From a virus (Duplodnaviria; Caudoviricetes), in the IMG/VR virus record IMGVR_UViG_3300030392_001562, positions 1 through 39,274 of that record: a stretch of DNA of 39,274 nucleotides; one strand, 5' to 3'. A program made the position numbers and the translations under genes. Within the stretch, counting starts at the first letter, position 1. Each line of letters begins with the position of its first letter. Under the pieces are notes generated by a model that had not been told where the DNA came from, did no database searches, and saw nothing but the letters and a program-made list of their open reading frames with translations. Positions 18,572 through 28,622 of the stretch are shown here, in pieces.

Positions 18572-18928
18572 ATGGGTTTTGAGCAAGTAGTGGAAAGCGT
18601 GACCATATTTGTTCTGATCGCAACTATTGTGGGTTTCGCCTATGAGAATGTTTCGGGTGTCATCCTATCCACAGATAATCGAGAGGACGATATCAAGCTC
18701 CTGATAGCTGTTCTGATCTGTGTGGTATTTGATATCACGCTGATAGAGGACATCGCGAGTGTGGAACTTGCCGAGAACGGGCCACCGCAGGGTTTTGCGG
18801 TTACAATCTCCAAGATACGGCCCTGGCTGGATAATGTCATCTCTGGGTCAGCGATGGCAGGTGGTGGAGCTGCGTTACTGAAGAAGCTCAAGAGGGCCAG
18901 AGCCGAAGTTTCCAGAGCCTCTAAATGA
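18572..18928 (+). CDS. Membrane protein (holin-like)
   Basis: 118 aa from ATG 18572 after GGAGAGGG; two or three hydrophobic segments; basic C-terminus. Confidence 0.55.
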   Translation: MGFEQVVESVTIFVLIATIVGFAYENVSGVILSTDNREDDIKLLIAVLICVVFDITLIEDIASVELAENGPPQGFAVTISKIRPWLDNVISGSAMAGGGAALLKKLKRARAEVSRASK

Positions 18929-19338
18929 TAGGTCTGAGTCAGATAACAGGTCTATTTGGTGCGGCTGGTAAGATCGTAGATGCGGTTCACACGTCGGACG
19001 AAGAAAAGCTTCAGCTGAAAAATGAGTTTACGGCATTACAGACTCAGGTTATGTCGGGGATGCTGGAGTACGAAAAATCCCTGGTTGAGTCTCAGTCCAA
19101 GATTGTAACAGCGGAAGCTACCGGGAAATCCTGGTTACAACGTAACTGGAGACCGATAACGATGATGGTGTTCCTGTTGCTGGTGGTCTGTGATAGCTTC
19201 GGGTGGCTGGTGAATAGATTAGCAGATCAGGCCTGGACCCTCCTACAGCTGGGGCTTGGAGGTTATGTTGTCGGGAGATCGGCAGAAAAGGTTACTGCTC
19301 CTATAATTGGAGCAATCAAGGACTTCAAGAGAGATTGA
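18925..19338 (+). CDS. Holin of the GTA 3TM family
   Basis: IVDAVHTSDEEK..AEATGKSWLQRNWRP..LGGYVVGRSAEK signature. Confidence 0.85.
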   Translation: MIGLSQITGLFGAAGKIVDAVHTSDEEKLQLKNEFTALQTQVMSGMLEYEKSLVESQSKIVTAEATGKSWLQRNWRPITMMVFLLLVVCDSFGWLVNRLADQAWTLLQLGLGGYVVGRSAEKVTAPIIGAIKDFKRD

Positions 19339-19359
19339 CGATGTTCAGGAAGTATTCCA

Positions 19360-19737
19360 ATGAACCAGTTCGACTTGAACAACTTACACCGCAAGAAGCA
19401 TCAGGATCGGTGGAGAGAGAGGCGCGGCCTGGAGAGGCCGAAGAAGCCGACGAAGGAGCCGAAGCGGAAGAAAATCTCCGTAAAGAAGGTGGCGGCGAAA
19501 GGTGCGAACCGTCTCTTTGGGGCCTCGTCCATCTTCGGCGCGACCTTGACTTTCATCGGCGAGAAGATTGCCGAGCGGATCATCGAGGACCCGGAGATCC
19601 TGTTTTTAATCCCCGAGTTCCTGGCCGATGTTATCATATTTCTGGGCCAGTTATCTCAGGGCTGGCAGGTACTTATCTACGCGAGCGCCTTAATCTGGAT
19701 ACTCTTAACGATTGCCCACAAGTTGGTGATGAAATGA
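19360..19737 (+). CDS. Membrane protein with basic N-terminus
   Basis: 125 aa with hydrophobic C-terminal half; in the lysis cluster. Confidence 0.6.
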   Translation: MNQFDLNNLHRKKHQDRWRERRGLERPKKPTKEPKRKKISVKKVAAKGANRLFGASSIFGATLTFIGEKIAERIIEDPEILFLIPEFLADVIIFLGQLSQGWQVLIYASALIWILLTIAHKLVMK

Positions 19738-19746
19738 ATAACACTC

Positions 19747-20199
19747 ATGCACGTTGAAGTTCTAAGGCTTTCCACGCAAAGCAAAACGACCATCGGCGCG
19801 TTTTACATGAATGGTCAGTTTCAGTGTTACACGATAGAGGATACTCGTAACTTTATTAAAATCCCTGGAGATACGCGAATACCATCAGGGATCTATGTCG
19901 TAAAACTTAGGACGGAAGGTTCGATTCATCCGCGCTATAAAACACGCTTCCCAGACATGCACGCCGGGATGCTCTGGGTTGTAGGTGTTCCTGGGTTCCA
20001 GTGGATTTACATTCACATAGGTAACGATGAGGACGATACGGAGGGATGTATTCTGGTTGGCGACACCCCCAATAATAATGTTATTTCGTCTGGACACGTT
20101 TCTCAGTCCAAGGCTGCCTACAAACGAATCTATCCCGTAATCGCAGATGCGATCCAGAGTGGTGAGCCTGTTACTATCAGCATAAAGGATTTTGGCTGA
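19747..20199 (+). CDS. DUF5675 family protein (putative endolysin)
   Basis: TIGAFY..CYTIED..TRIPSGIY..IYIHIGN...DTEGCILVG; adjacent to holin genes. Confidence 0.85.
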   Translation: MHVEVLRLSTQSKTTIGAFYMNGQFQCYTIEDTRNFIKIPGDTRIPSGIYVVKLRTEGSIHPRYKTRFPDMHAGMLWVVGVPGFQWIYIHIGNDEDDTEGCILVGDTPNNNVISSGHVSQSKAAYKRIYPVIADAIQSGEPVTISIKDFG

Positions 20200-20573
20200 T
20201 GGCTGATATCTTTCGATCTCAGCCGACAATACGTGTGGGTGTTGCCAAGGCCGCACAGAAGGTTCCAGTAACACTTGTAGATATTTCAGACGGAGAAACA
20301 CTGGAGGCGAGCGTTGCGTCACCTACTATTGAGATTTCCAAGAATGGTGCGGCTTATGCAGCGGCCAGTGACGGAACCTGGACAGAAATTTCTGATGGAG
20401 ACTATACGGTAACACTCGATGGCACGGACACTGATACGGTGGGCTGGTTACTTCTCAGAGTGGTCAAGGCTACTGTGTCAATGGAGTCGAGAGTGCTGGT
20501 TTTGGTGGGACTTGATCCTGCCGCAGAGGTGGCAATGTGGGAGAAGATCAGACTTATTCACCTAGGGAGATAG
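20199..20573 (+). CDS. Putative virion protein (Ig-like beta sandwich)
   Basis: ISKNGAAYAA..EISDGDYTVTLDGTDTDTVG; TGATG coupling. Confidence 0.55.
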   Translation: MADIFRSQPTIRVGVAKAAQKVPVTLVDISDGETLEASVASPTIEISKNGAAYAAASDGTWTEISDGDYTVTLDGTDTDTVGWLLLRVVKATVSMESRVLVLVGLDPAAEVAMWEKIRLIHLGR

Positions 20574-20577
20574 GGAC

Positions 20578-20991
20578 ATGTCGGTAGAGACAACGGATTT
20601 GGAACAGATTTGGCAGATCAAGCAGCTACACGCACAGCTCGGGGCAGCAATAGCCCAGATTAATCAGGTCAGTAACAAGATCGCTCTTGTGCAGTTGGCG
20701 CAGGAACAGGCAGAACTTGGAGCTGATGTTGACAGTAAGCTTGCGGAGATGGATGTGGAGGCATTACGGACGGAGTTGGTTATGTATCTTCAGTCTGTCC
20801 GGAGACGGTCTGCGAAGTATCTCAGGGCCATGAAGGACATAGCGGGCAGGTTTGGCAAGAAGGCTCCTGTTGTTGAAGTTGTAGCTGAGGTGTTTGGGGA
20901 CCCAGAAGCGAAGCGGGGAAAGGCCTCGGCTGTATCGCTGGAAGTGGAAACCGAGGATGATAATGCCGTAATTCACACACTGAGGAGTTAG
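20578..20991 (+). CDS. Hypothetical helical protein
   Basis: 137 aa, coiled-coil-like. Confidence 0.65.
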   Translation: MSVETTDLEQIWQIKQLHAQLGAAIAQINQVSNKIALVQLAQEQAELGADVDSKLAEMDVEALRTELVMYLQSVRRRSAKYLRAMKDIAGRFGKKAPVVEVVAEVFGDPEAKRGKASAVSLEVETEDDNAVIHTLRS

Positions 20992-20993
20992 TT

Positions 20994-21503
20994 ATGTTAC
21001 CAGAGTTACTAACTATTGCATCGGCTGCCAAGACTTTATTTGGCGGGGGCGAGGGAAGGGATGCCAAGAGGTTTCAGAATGAGATTGGGAAGATGATGAT
21101 GCAGGCCTATAAAGAGAATCGGGAGCTTATGGGTCCGTTCACGAGGAATTTGTCCAGTGCTCTTGGTAACCGACAGTCACAGACATTGCCCTTGGAGCGT
21201 TTAAGTCTAGGGCGCAGGGTCAACCCGTTCTCCCCAGGGAATCTAGACAGTCAAAACAGACCGCTTAGAACCAGTAGTCGACTCGGGTTGGGGACCGGTC
21301 CCCAGAATGGGGACCAGCAGTTGGGGTCTGCGCTTAACTCTTTTATGAGTAGAAGGGCTATGAGGCCTCCGAGTTCTGGAAACGGTGCCGGAAACGGTGT
21401 TGGAAACGGTGTTGGAGCAAAACTCGCCATGGGAAACGCTATTGGAAATAACTCCTCATTGATCAATGCACTTAGGGCTTTACTGGGCGGAGGGGCTATC
21501 TAG
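20994..21503 (+). CDS. Putative internal virion / ejection (pilot) protein
   Basis: Amphipathic N-terminus followed by LFGGG; GNG[AV] repeats; first of four genes of increasing size at the end of the late arm. Confidence 0.5.
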   Translation: MLPELLTIASAAKTLFGGGEGRDAKRFQNEIGKMMMQAYKENRELMGPFTRNLSSALGNRQSQTLPLERLSLGRRVNPFSPGNLDSQNRPLRTSSRLGLGTGPQNGDQQLGSALNSFMSRRAMRPPSSGNGAGNGVGNGVGAKLAMGNAIGNNSSLINALRALLGGGAI

Positions 21504-21505
21504 CC

Positions 21506-23380
21506 ATGTCTCCGCTACCAAATCCCGGACAGGGTAAGGCCCGTAAGGTTACCAGTTTAGAATTAAACCCCGCACAAGTTGCTCTGGACCAGTTTGGAAC
21601 TCAGGTGGGCAACGGAGATGGTAACGGATCGTCATCGACGCGGGGTGATCCGTTTGATCTGTTTACGGAAGCTTATTTGAAACCGGCATCCGACAATCCC
21701 TGGTTTGATCTCGAATCTGGTGGAGAGACTATAGATTGGGATGATTGGCTTAAATTCGCGCAGGGATACGATACCGGCAATTGGTTCAATCCCAATATTC
21801 AGGGTTCTGACATTCAGGCTTTTAATCAGTTACTGGAGTCGGTTGGTATATCCCCGTTTGATGATGCTGCGTTTGTGTCTAGCACACCTCCTTCCGATAA
21901 CGGCGTAGATGTAAATATAGACGATAAAGGCCTGCCGTCAGAGATTGTCCGGTGGGGAAATCCCAGGTTTGAAGAGGATGGGAAGGTTATTGTGGAGACG
22001 GGCTACGATGCAGATGGAAACGTAGTCCAAACCAGAAGGACTCCGGCTGGCAATCAAGGCGGCGGAAATGGTGGAGCCGGAAATGGTGGAGCCGGAAATG
22101 GTGGAGCCGGAAATGGTGGAGCCGGAAATGGTGGAGCCGGAAATGGAGATGTAGATGTAGATGTAGATGGATTCGATATGAACTTTGAGCTTTGGCTCGA
22201 AGAGCAGTTTGGGGTAGACAACGTAACTGAGGCTCATGACATAATCGGTCGGTTACGAAGTGGCGAAGAAGTTTCTGGGGGCGAGATAGATCTCATTCTT
22301 GGTGGACTTGGATACGAAGAGGGTATGTCTCGCGAAGATGCATTGAATCTGATTAGCGCAAGCGGCGGCAGTGATTTCTTCTTAAATGAGGGAGGGTCTG
22401 GAAATCAGACAGCCACCGCCCTGAGTGCATACTTTGATAATAAAGAGGCCTCTCCTGGACAGAGAGATACAGAGGGTGGGTTTTCTGGCGGCGATGACGA
22501 GGGGGGCGGAGAAGGCGATGGAGCGTTTTGGGATTGGATGGATACTTTTTTTACAGAAGGCGGTTTTGGCACAGAGGATTCGGATGAAGGTTTGAATACT
22601 AATGGTGATATAGGATCAGATGATGGAGCATCAAACTTTTCTCAGCCTGAGTTTGATCCACTCGTGGATGACAGGGGCCTGTATAGAGGTCCCCTTGCTG
22701 ACATGATACTTGGCACTACGGGTGCTGGTGATCTTCTGGGGCAACAGTATATAGATCGACTTTTTGCGCCTAATCCGTATGATGACATAGAAGACTCCAT
22801 AATGCAGGAGGTTATGGGCAAAATTGATCGCGACGCGGAGAAACAACGCCAGATAATATTGAATACTCTGGGCGTTACTAATAAGCTTGATGTTCCTCTT
22901 GGGCCATCCCGTATTCAGGATTATGAGGGGGACGTGCTTGATGCAATGGCAAATGCGCGAATCGGATTTGGTATGAAGAAAGCAGAAACGGAAGAACCTT
23001 TTCGGCGTAACGCCTTGCAGGATTTGTTTAACTTCAACCAACAGAATATTGAGAATCTGGGATTTGGTTTAAAAACATCGTCTGCTGACATTGCCCAACA
23101 ACAAAGAGAGAGAAAACAAATTACGGATGATCTGATGGCTGATTATATAAAGGAAGTTGGATGGAATAATGCTATTATTGGAGCACAGGGTGATTATAGT
23201 GATGAGGGTCTAAGACTTGGAATGGATTGGGTAACTGGTCAGGGTGCCCGGGGTGGCTCGTCTGGTACGGATGCCAGTAACATATTTAGTACTATTGCAA
23301 ATCGATCAGATCAGCCGGATCGGTGGGATGAAGTGATTACGACAATCCTTCAGGGTCCAAATTTCCAAACCGGACAATAA
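21506..23380 (+). CDS. Acidic Gly-rich putative ejection protein
   Basis: 624 aa, D/E/G-rich, helical Q-rich C-terminal part; position typical of podovirus ejection genes. Confidence 0.55.
   Translation: MSPLPNPGQGKARKVTSLELNPAQVALDQFGTQVGNGDGNGSSSTRGDPFDLFTEAYLKPASDNPWFDLESGGETIDWDDWLKFAQGYDTGNWFNPNIQGSDIQAFNQLLESVGISPFDDAAFVSSTPPSDNGVDVNIDDKGLPSEIVRWGNPRFEEDGKVIVETGYDADGNVVQTRRTPAGNQGGGNGGAGNGGAGNGGAGNGGAGNGGAGNGDVDVDVDGFDMNFELWLEEQFGVDNVTEAHDIIGRLRSGEEVSGGEIDLILGGLGYEEGMSREDALNLISASGGSDFFLNEGGSGNQTATALSAYFDNKEASPGQRDTEGGFSGGDDEGGGEGDGAFWDWMDTFFTEGGFGTEDSDEGLNTNGDIGSDDGASNFSQPEFDPLVDDRGLYRGPLADMILGTTGAGDLLGQQYIDRLFAPNPYDDIEDSIMQEVMGKIDRDAEKQRQIILNTLGVTNKLDVPLGPSRIQDYEGDVLDAMANARIGFGMKKAETEEPFRRNALQDLFNFNQQNIENLGFGLKTSSADIAQQQRERKQITDDLMADYIKEVGWNNAIIGAQGDYSDEGLRLGMDWVTGQGARGGSSGTDASNIFSTIANRSDQPDRWDEVITTILQGPNFQTGQ
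22064..22169 (+). repeat. Coding tandem repeats (GGAAATGGTGGAGCC)x5 and (GATGTA)x3
   Basis: Five perfect 15-bp units at 22064-22138, partial unit, then 6-bp units at 22148-22165. Confidence 0.95.
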
Positions 23381-23398
23381 CCAGAACAGGATACTTTT

Positions 23399-24868
23399 AT
23401 GGCATTTTCTATTGGGTTACCCTCAGACGTAGAATCTATGATGCGCGGTGAAATAAGTCCTGGGCTTGGAGCTGGTCTACCTGATCCAATGACTCCAAAC
23501 GTGGCAATGCCGCCATTGGAAGAAGATGTAGGTGGTGGCGGTGTTTTTAAGCGTATTTTTGGCGGCGTCAATCGAGCTTTGGATGATATGGTTCTGGAGG
23601 CTACGGGCAAGGGCAAACAATCGAGTGGTCCGGTAGGCAAGGCTGCCCTGATTGCGTCTCTTCTTGCAATGGCTAAGGGCGATAGTCAGCCTCTTGCGAT
23701 TATGTTGTCTGGTAAGGTGGGTAGCGAAAATAGGGACTACCGGGATCGCCTAGAAAAGCAAAAAGAGACCGAGTTGGCTATAAAACAGATGAATGCTGAA
23801 ACGAAAAGAACGAGGGTGGAAGGACGTTTGGGTGCGCGAAAACTTCTTTACCATGACAAAAAAACGGGGAAGATGGTTTTTGAAAATAAAAATCCTGGAC
23901 CAGATGAACAAAATTTTATCGTAGAGTATGCAACCCCCGGGGCAATTAGCACTGTTGTCTCTTCTGACGGCAAGCAAATACTTCGGATTCAACACGCAGA
24001 TCCGACTAGGGGTATAGAATACTCAGAGACACCAATCGGCTGGACTAAGACGGGGCAATTGGATCAAGATAAATGGGATTTCACGCGAGAACAGCTCAAA
24101 GCCAAATTTTCAATGAGACAAGCCGCTAAGCTGGATAGATACAACTTAGCAGTCGCTCAAATGAAAATTGGTATCGCGAAGTATAATATTTCGCTGGAGC
24201 AGATGACTCCTAAACAGGAAACGGATTGGAGCGAGGCAGAAAATACATGGAAGATTACTCAGGATCTTATTAAACAAATTGAATCCAGTGCAGATCTGAG
24301 AAGTGATTTGGGCAGGTGGGGCGCTGTCTACGACAAAGTCAACGTAGCAGTGTTTGGCGAGGGCGCCAGATCGGAGAAGACAAGGGAATTTCTCACATTG
24401 CTTAACCTGCTCATGGATAACATCCGGCGTGAAGCTACGGGGGCTGCGATCAATCAAGGTGAAGAGGTATTCTATTTAAACTTGGTAGGCGAGCAGTCGA
24501 TACCTGCCGAGACGCTTATTGATAAGCTTGGGGTTCATGCGAAAGCGGCAAAAGATAGACAAGATGCTATTGCCAAGGCGGTTTCTAAGCGCGGGTCAGG
24601 ATTAGACCCAGACGAGTTTGTGCCGAAGATGACTGATGTTTCGGGACCTCAAGGGACGGGTGCCAGAAGTTCCTCGGAGGTACCATTAAATGAAGATGGT
24701 AGTGTAGATTTCCTTGCGTTGTCTGAGGCGCCAAATGCAGAGGCTCTGATTGATAAATTAACCCCAGAGCAACAAGATGCTTGGATTGCGTGGGCTAAGC
24801 AGAAGGCTCATGAAGCTGAAATTAAGCGTCTAACAGAGGACCCGATTGAATCGGAAAATGCTGAGTAA
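23399..24868 (+). CDS. Putative ejection protein
   Basis: 489 aa helical; IRREATGAAINQGEE resembles a motif common in phage ejection proteins. Confidence 0.55.
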   Translation: MAFSIGLPSDVESMMRGEISPGLGAGLPDPMTPNVAMPPLEEDVGGGGVFKRIFGGVNRALDDMVLEATGKGKQSSGPVGKAALIASLLAMAKGDSQPLAIMLSGKVGSENRDYRDRLEKQKETELAIKQMNAETKRTRVEGRLGARKLLYHDKKTGKMVFENKNPGPDEQNFIVEYATPGAISTVVSSDGKQILRIQHADPTRGIEYSETPIGWTKTGQLDQDKWDFTREQLKAKFSMRQAAKLDRYNLAVAQMKIGIAKYNISLEQMTPKQETDWSEAENTWKITQDLIKQIESSADLRSDLGRWGAVYDKVNVAVFGEGARSEKTREFLTLLNLLMDNIRREATGAAINQGEEVFYLNLVGEQSIPAETLIDKLGVHAKAAKDRQDAIAKAVSKRGSGLDPDEFVPKMTDVSGPQGTGARSSSEVPLNEDGSVDFLALSEAPNAEALIDKLTPEQQDAWIAWAKQKAHEAEIKRLTEDPIESENAE

Positions 24869-24895
24869 TCATGCTGTGTTCGTAAGGAGAAGGTA

Positions 24896-27646
24896 ATGCC
24901 AGAAGGCGTAGGGTATGATCTGGGCGATAAGCATTCGTATGATCTTAGACCTCCAGAGAGACGCAGGGAGGAAGCACAAAGGGAGGAAGCACAAGAAGCA
25001 CTCCGCGCTTTACGGTCATCTTCGGGTGGAGTAACATCTTCAGAAGACAAAAAAGGAGAGGCTTTGGAGGCGTTGAAACGCCTTAGACCGGATCTCTCTG
25101 AATTCCAGCAACGAATACAAGACGAAAAGAGTGCGGAGAATATTAGATCTCGATTTCGTCCAGCTCCGGCCGGAGACGTATTTAAACGTATTGAGGATAT
25201 GACGGAGACAGGGGAGGCCCCGTTCCAAACCCCCGAAGGCCATACGGGTTGGGGTCCGCTTTTTAGGGAAGGCATAGATTTTCAGCGGACGGAGTGGAAC
25301 ATTCCCACCAACTTTGGCAACCTAGTCGCTGGTTTTTCGCATATGGGCAGACATCCACTGGACACAGGCAAGATGGTGATGCAGACAATGTCGGGGATGC
25401 CCATTGATGTGTTACTGAAGTTACAAGAACTGAAATACGGGGATGGTTATGCCGGTGGGCTGCGAACGTGGCTGGAGGACGATCCAGCTGCCAGCTGGCT
25501 TGGAACCGGAATAGCCAGAGGGGTGCGTGAAAGCTTTACGCGCAGGATCATGAACCCAAAAGAGACGATAGAAGAGGATTTGCTTGGATTTGGTTGGGAT
25601 CTATTGGATTTATGGACAGGTGGGCAGGCGTTTCTGGCTAGGCGTGCTGCGAAGACGGTTGGCGAGATGCGTATGAAGTCAGAAATGAGAACAAATCCTT
25701 TGGGCCTGGGCCAATTTAAAGACAAATTTTATGGTGCATCGGGTTGGGCGTCAAAGCAGGCGGGGGAAGTTACCACCGGAATGTTGGGAATTATGACAGG
25801 TGGAGGGGACGAAATACCTCGCTACATTCTTGACATGGCTGAAAAAAATGTTTTGACTGCTGAGACTATTTTCCAGAACGGTGGTAACATTATGGATGTG
25901 TTACGCCTGCAAAAATATAACGGTCCCGATATTGCAGAGTTCAAGGCGGCTAGAAGTGGTCAAAGATCTTTGCATCATACTGTTGAACAACTTATTGAAA
26001 TGATGGATAACTTCAAGAAAGATGAGGTAAAAAGATACCGACTTGACATGAAAGGGACAGGTGGCACGCGACCAGGTGGCGGATTCAAGAAAACCGATCC
26101 CATGCGCATAGTGGATGTTAAAGAAGGCGTTCCTGGTACTATGTTGGACAGACTTGATGATGTTAAGGCGGGGATACTCAAAGATTTAGAAGATTTTGGT
26201 ATTTTCCCAGAAGGGCGTGGAGAATTATTGAAGGCCATAGAGCTTTCGAGGGCAAATCGTCGTAAAAAGCTTGTGCTTACCGATTCAAATATTCCCGGAA
26301 ACGTTCTAGAGATTTCTCCTGAAAATGCTCAGAGAATTAAAGATGCCAATATTCAGCCTGGGACTCTCGGATTACATATAAAAGACAAAGTTCTACTAGA
26401 GCTTTTCCAATTCAAACCGTCTGGGACACGTTATTTGTCAGAACCAGTAGGAACAATGCGTATTACCGAAAGACAAGCACCGGCTGTATCCACAAAAATG
26501 GATGCCATGCTAATTGTTGGCGAAGCAAAGGACAGAAAAGGAAGGCCTGTCATCGCAGAAGGCGATATTACCAATAAGGGAGAACGAGAAACCATGCGTA
26601 AGGCTATAGATCTTGTCTTATCACAAGAACATGGTTCGCTTCTTCAGATGGATCAACTGAAGAAGTCTCTGGATTCTATAATAGACAAATCTATGATGGC
26701 ACAGCCCTCGTCTCCCTCGAACGCCTTTGTAGTAAAATTGAGAACGCGGGTATATAATTCAATTAAAGATATTAAAAATAGCGAAGGCGTTTCCTACGAA
26801 CAAATTGCAAAACGTTACGAAGCGATGTCGGAGATGCGTAGACAGGTCGCTGTGCTTTTTGGTCTGGACGCCAAGAATCCAGAAACCTCCATGGGCAGAA
26901 TCCTTTCCGCTATGGACGGGAAGCACAGAATGGAACTCAGACAAGCTTTTGCCGAAAAGTTTAAACTCAACTCTGGGCCAGGGTCCAAAGAAGCACTTCT
27001 GGCGTCCCGCATAGCGGGCTTCAGGTCTAAGGATATGTTTGGGTCGGGGTTGGTATCCAGAAGCTCGGTTATGGACGTTGCCAAAGGTCTTGTTACTGTT
27101 GGTACTGTAGGTGTGGCCTTGGGAGATCCTTCCCTGATGGTTCTGGGTGCCATCGGCGGTGTTGCTGGTCTCGCAATGACATCCCCCAAAATGGTATCTA
27201 GTATACTTCTGACAGCCGGAACCGGTAAAGCGTATGCAAAAAATGTAACTACGATTTGTGCTAAGATTGCAAAGGAGGCAAAGCTTAGTGGAATGGTGGT
27301 TGCGGGTCTCACCTGGGGCGATGTGGTAAACAGGCTAAATATGAGTGAGGCAGATAGAAAAGTAAGGGAAAGAGAAGATGAGATTGCGTTCCAGTTGGAG
27401 ATTGAAATGAACTTGAAGGGTATTCCGTTTAGTGCTTTGGAAAAGATGAAGACTAAAGATCTTTTGGCTATGGGAACGCCCTGGGGACCCAAGTTTGCTC
27501 CTCGCCCATCCATAGCAGCTCCTGGACCCATGTTGTCGGCCCCACACGCAGGCTCACCCCCACCTCCACCCCCATCTCCGGACACGATTACGCGAACAAG
27601 AGACCCGGCATCATTTATGCCCGGAATGCAATCTATGTTTGACTAG
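24896..27646 (+). CDS. Large putative ejection / internal virion protein
   Basis: 916 aa; Gly/Ala hydrophobic segment near the C-terminus; Pro-rich tail; last gene of the late arm; AAGGAG RBS. Confidence 0.6.
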   Translation: MPEGVGYDLGDKHSYDLRPPERRREEAQREEAQEALRALRSSSGGVTSSEDKKGEALEALKRLRPDLSEFQQRIQDEKSAENIRSRFRPAPAGDVFKRIEDMTETGEAPFQTPEGHTGWGPLFREGIDFQRTEWNIPTNFGNLVAGFSHMGRHPLDTGKMVMQTMSGMPIDVLLKLQELKYGDGYAGGLRTWLEDDPAASWLGTGIARGVRESFTRRIMNPKETIEEDLLGFGWDLLDLWTGGQAFLARRAAKTVGEMRMKSEMRTNPLGLGQFKDKFYGASGWASKQAGEVTTGMLGIMTGGGDEIPRYILDMAEKNVLTAETIFQNGGNIMDVLRLQKYNGPDIAEFKAARSGQRSLHHTVEQLIEMMDNFKKDEVKRYRLDMKGTGGTRPGGGFKKTDPMRIVDVKEGVPGTMLDRLDDVKAGILKDLEDFGIFPEGRGELLKAIELSRANRRKKLVLTDSNIPGNVLEISPENAQRIKDANIQPGTLGLHIKDKVLLELFQFKPSGTRYLSEPVGTMRITERQAPAVSTKMDAMLIVGEAKDRKGRPVIAEGDITNKGERETMRKAIDLVLSQEHGSLLQMDQLKKSLDSIIDKSMMAQPSSPSNAFVVKLRTRVYNSIKDIKNSEGVSYEQIAKRYEAMSEMRRQVAVLFGLDAKNPETSMGRILSAMDGKHRMELRQAFAEKFKLNSGPGSKEALLASRIAGFRSKDMFGSGLVSRSSVMDVAKGLVTVGTVGVALGDPSLMVLGAIGGVAGLAMTSPKMVSSILLTAGTGKAYAKNVTTICAKIAKEAKLSGMVVAGLTWGDVVNRLNMSEADRKVREREDEIAFQLEIEMNLKGIPFSALEKMKTKDLLAMGTPWGPKFAPRPSIAAPGPMLSAPHAGSPPPPPPSPDTITRTRDPASFMPGMQSMFD

Positions 27647-27854
27647 AAGGCCAGATATAGCAGTAGTGACATCGTAAGACATCAGGCCTGTCTCCGAATG
27701 ATATCCAGCTTTTGCTGCCACATTCGGGACAGGCCTTTGTTACTAGGTTTACGGACCGAGCCTCGTAGCACCTGTGCCTGAAACGCTTTTCCAGATCTGC
27801 CTTAGTAGCCTTCTTTGGCCACTTCTTTTTCGGTTTTGGCTTGAAAATCTTCAA
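27633..27854 (-). CDS. Small basic zinc-ribbon protein
   Basis: CPECGS...CHYC; GGAG RBS. Confidence 0.65.
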   Translation of the reverse strand: MKIFKPKPKKKWPKKATKADLEKRFRHRCYEARSVNLVTKACPECGSKSWISFGDRPDVLRCHYCYIWPSSQT

Positions 27855-27855
27855 T

Positions 27856-28146
27856 TTATCTCCACCAGCTCGGCCTGGGAACCACTTTCCAGGCTAAATA
27901 AGCCGTTACAGCCCCTATAAGCCACGATATCCAGTATTGCGGACTTAGACCTGGAAAAAACCAACAGGCCAGTAAATAGCCCCAGGGGGCGTTCAGGCCG
28001 ATATTCTTGGTAAGGTGCCATATATCTATCAGGGGCCATATCAGATGGGATTCCGGTCGGCGATAGGGTCCCGATCTCATCTGGTCTCGAAACGAGTCAC
28101 ATAGTGCTGTTATAACCATCACGGTTACCAGTAACAGTTCTTGCAT
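27856..28146 (-). CDS. Small membrane protein
   Basis: 96 aa, Trp-rich and hydrophobic; AAGGA RBS. Confidence 0.65.
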   Translation of the reverse strand: MQELLLVTVMVITALCDSFRDQMRSGPYRRPESHLIWPLIDIWHLTKNIGLNAPWGYLLACWFFPGLSPQYWISWLIGAVTAYLAWKVVPRPSWWR

Positions 28147-28170
28147 GAGTTATCCTTTTTTGGCTGCTGC

Positions 28171-28377
28171 TCATAGTCCATATTCTCTTTGTGTCACCAG
28201 ATTACAGCATCGCCTCATGGTATCGTGCCCCACCCATTTGGTTAGCTTTTCTACTCGATTTACGATCTTGGATACTTCCTCTTCCTGTTCTTTCCGGCTT
28301 GCAAGTTCATCGACAAGATCAAGATCCTCGAACAGATCTCTAATAAGCGCACAGGTGTCAGCGTCTTCATCTTTCAT
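28171..28377 (-). CDS. Hypothetical protein
   Basis: 68 aa; AAGGAG RBS; ATGA overlap. Confidence 0.65.
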   Translation of the reverse strand: MKDEDADTCALIRDLFEDLDLVDELASRKEQEEEVSKIVNRVEKLTKWVGHDTMRRCCNLVTQREYGL

Positions 28378-28622
28378 TGTGGCTTCTCCTTGAAGGTACC
28401 CTTTCCCTTTTTAGCCTTGCGCTGAACACTCTCCCACCATCTGGATTCTTCTTTATACTGTGTTATGCCTTCTACGGCGTCCGGATATGCCTTACGCAAT
28501 AGATCTCGGTTACGCTTATCAGCCCTGCTAATTAATTGAGCCAGATCCGTGTAAAAGTGTCCGTGTTCTTCCATCTGCCACTTCCAGACAAATAGCTCGG
28601 GTGCGGATAGATCGGCTATCAT
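28374..28622 (-). CDS. Hypothetical protein
   Basis: 82 aa; overlaps the dnaB stop; GHFYTDLAQLISRAD..N...L..AYP. Confidence 0.7.
   Translation of the reverse strand: MIADLSAPELFVWKWQMEEHGHFYTDLAQLISRADKRNRDLLRKAYPDAVEGITQYKEESRWWESVQRKAKKGKGTFKEKPQ

Noticed and set aside
19335-19757. Overlapping alternative-frame ORF as an embedded spanin
   Set aside because: No signal peptide, lipobox or TM segment; the 19360-19737 frame is more plausible
26815-27585. Long antisense ORFs (also 9083-9712, 7134-7718, 3453-3992)
   Set aside because: They are shadows of well-supported + strand genes, with no recognisable motifs
1408-27646. Stop-codon reassignment
   Set aside because: The standard code gives long, tightly packed ORFs, and TAG ends core genes such as terL and the capsid gene
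24896-27646. 916-aa protein as tape measure or virion RNA polymerase
   Set aside because: No tail tube or assembly chaperone genes, no tape-measure periodicity and no polymerase motifs seen
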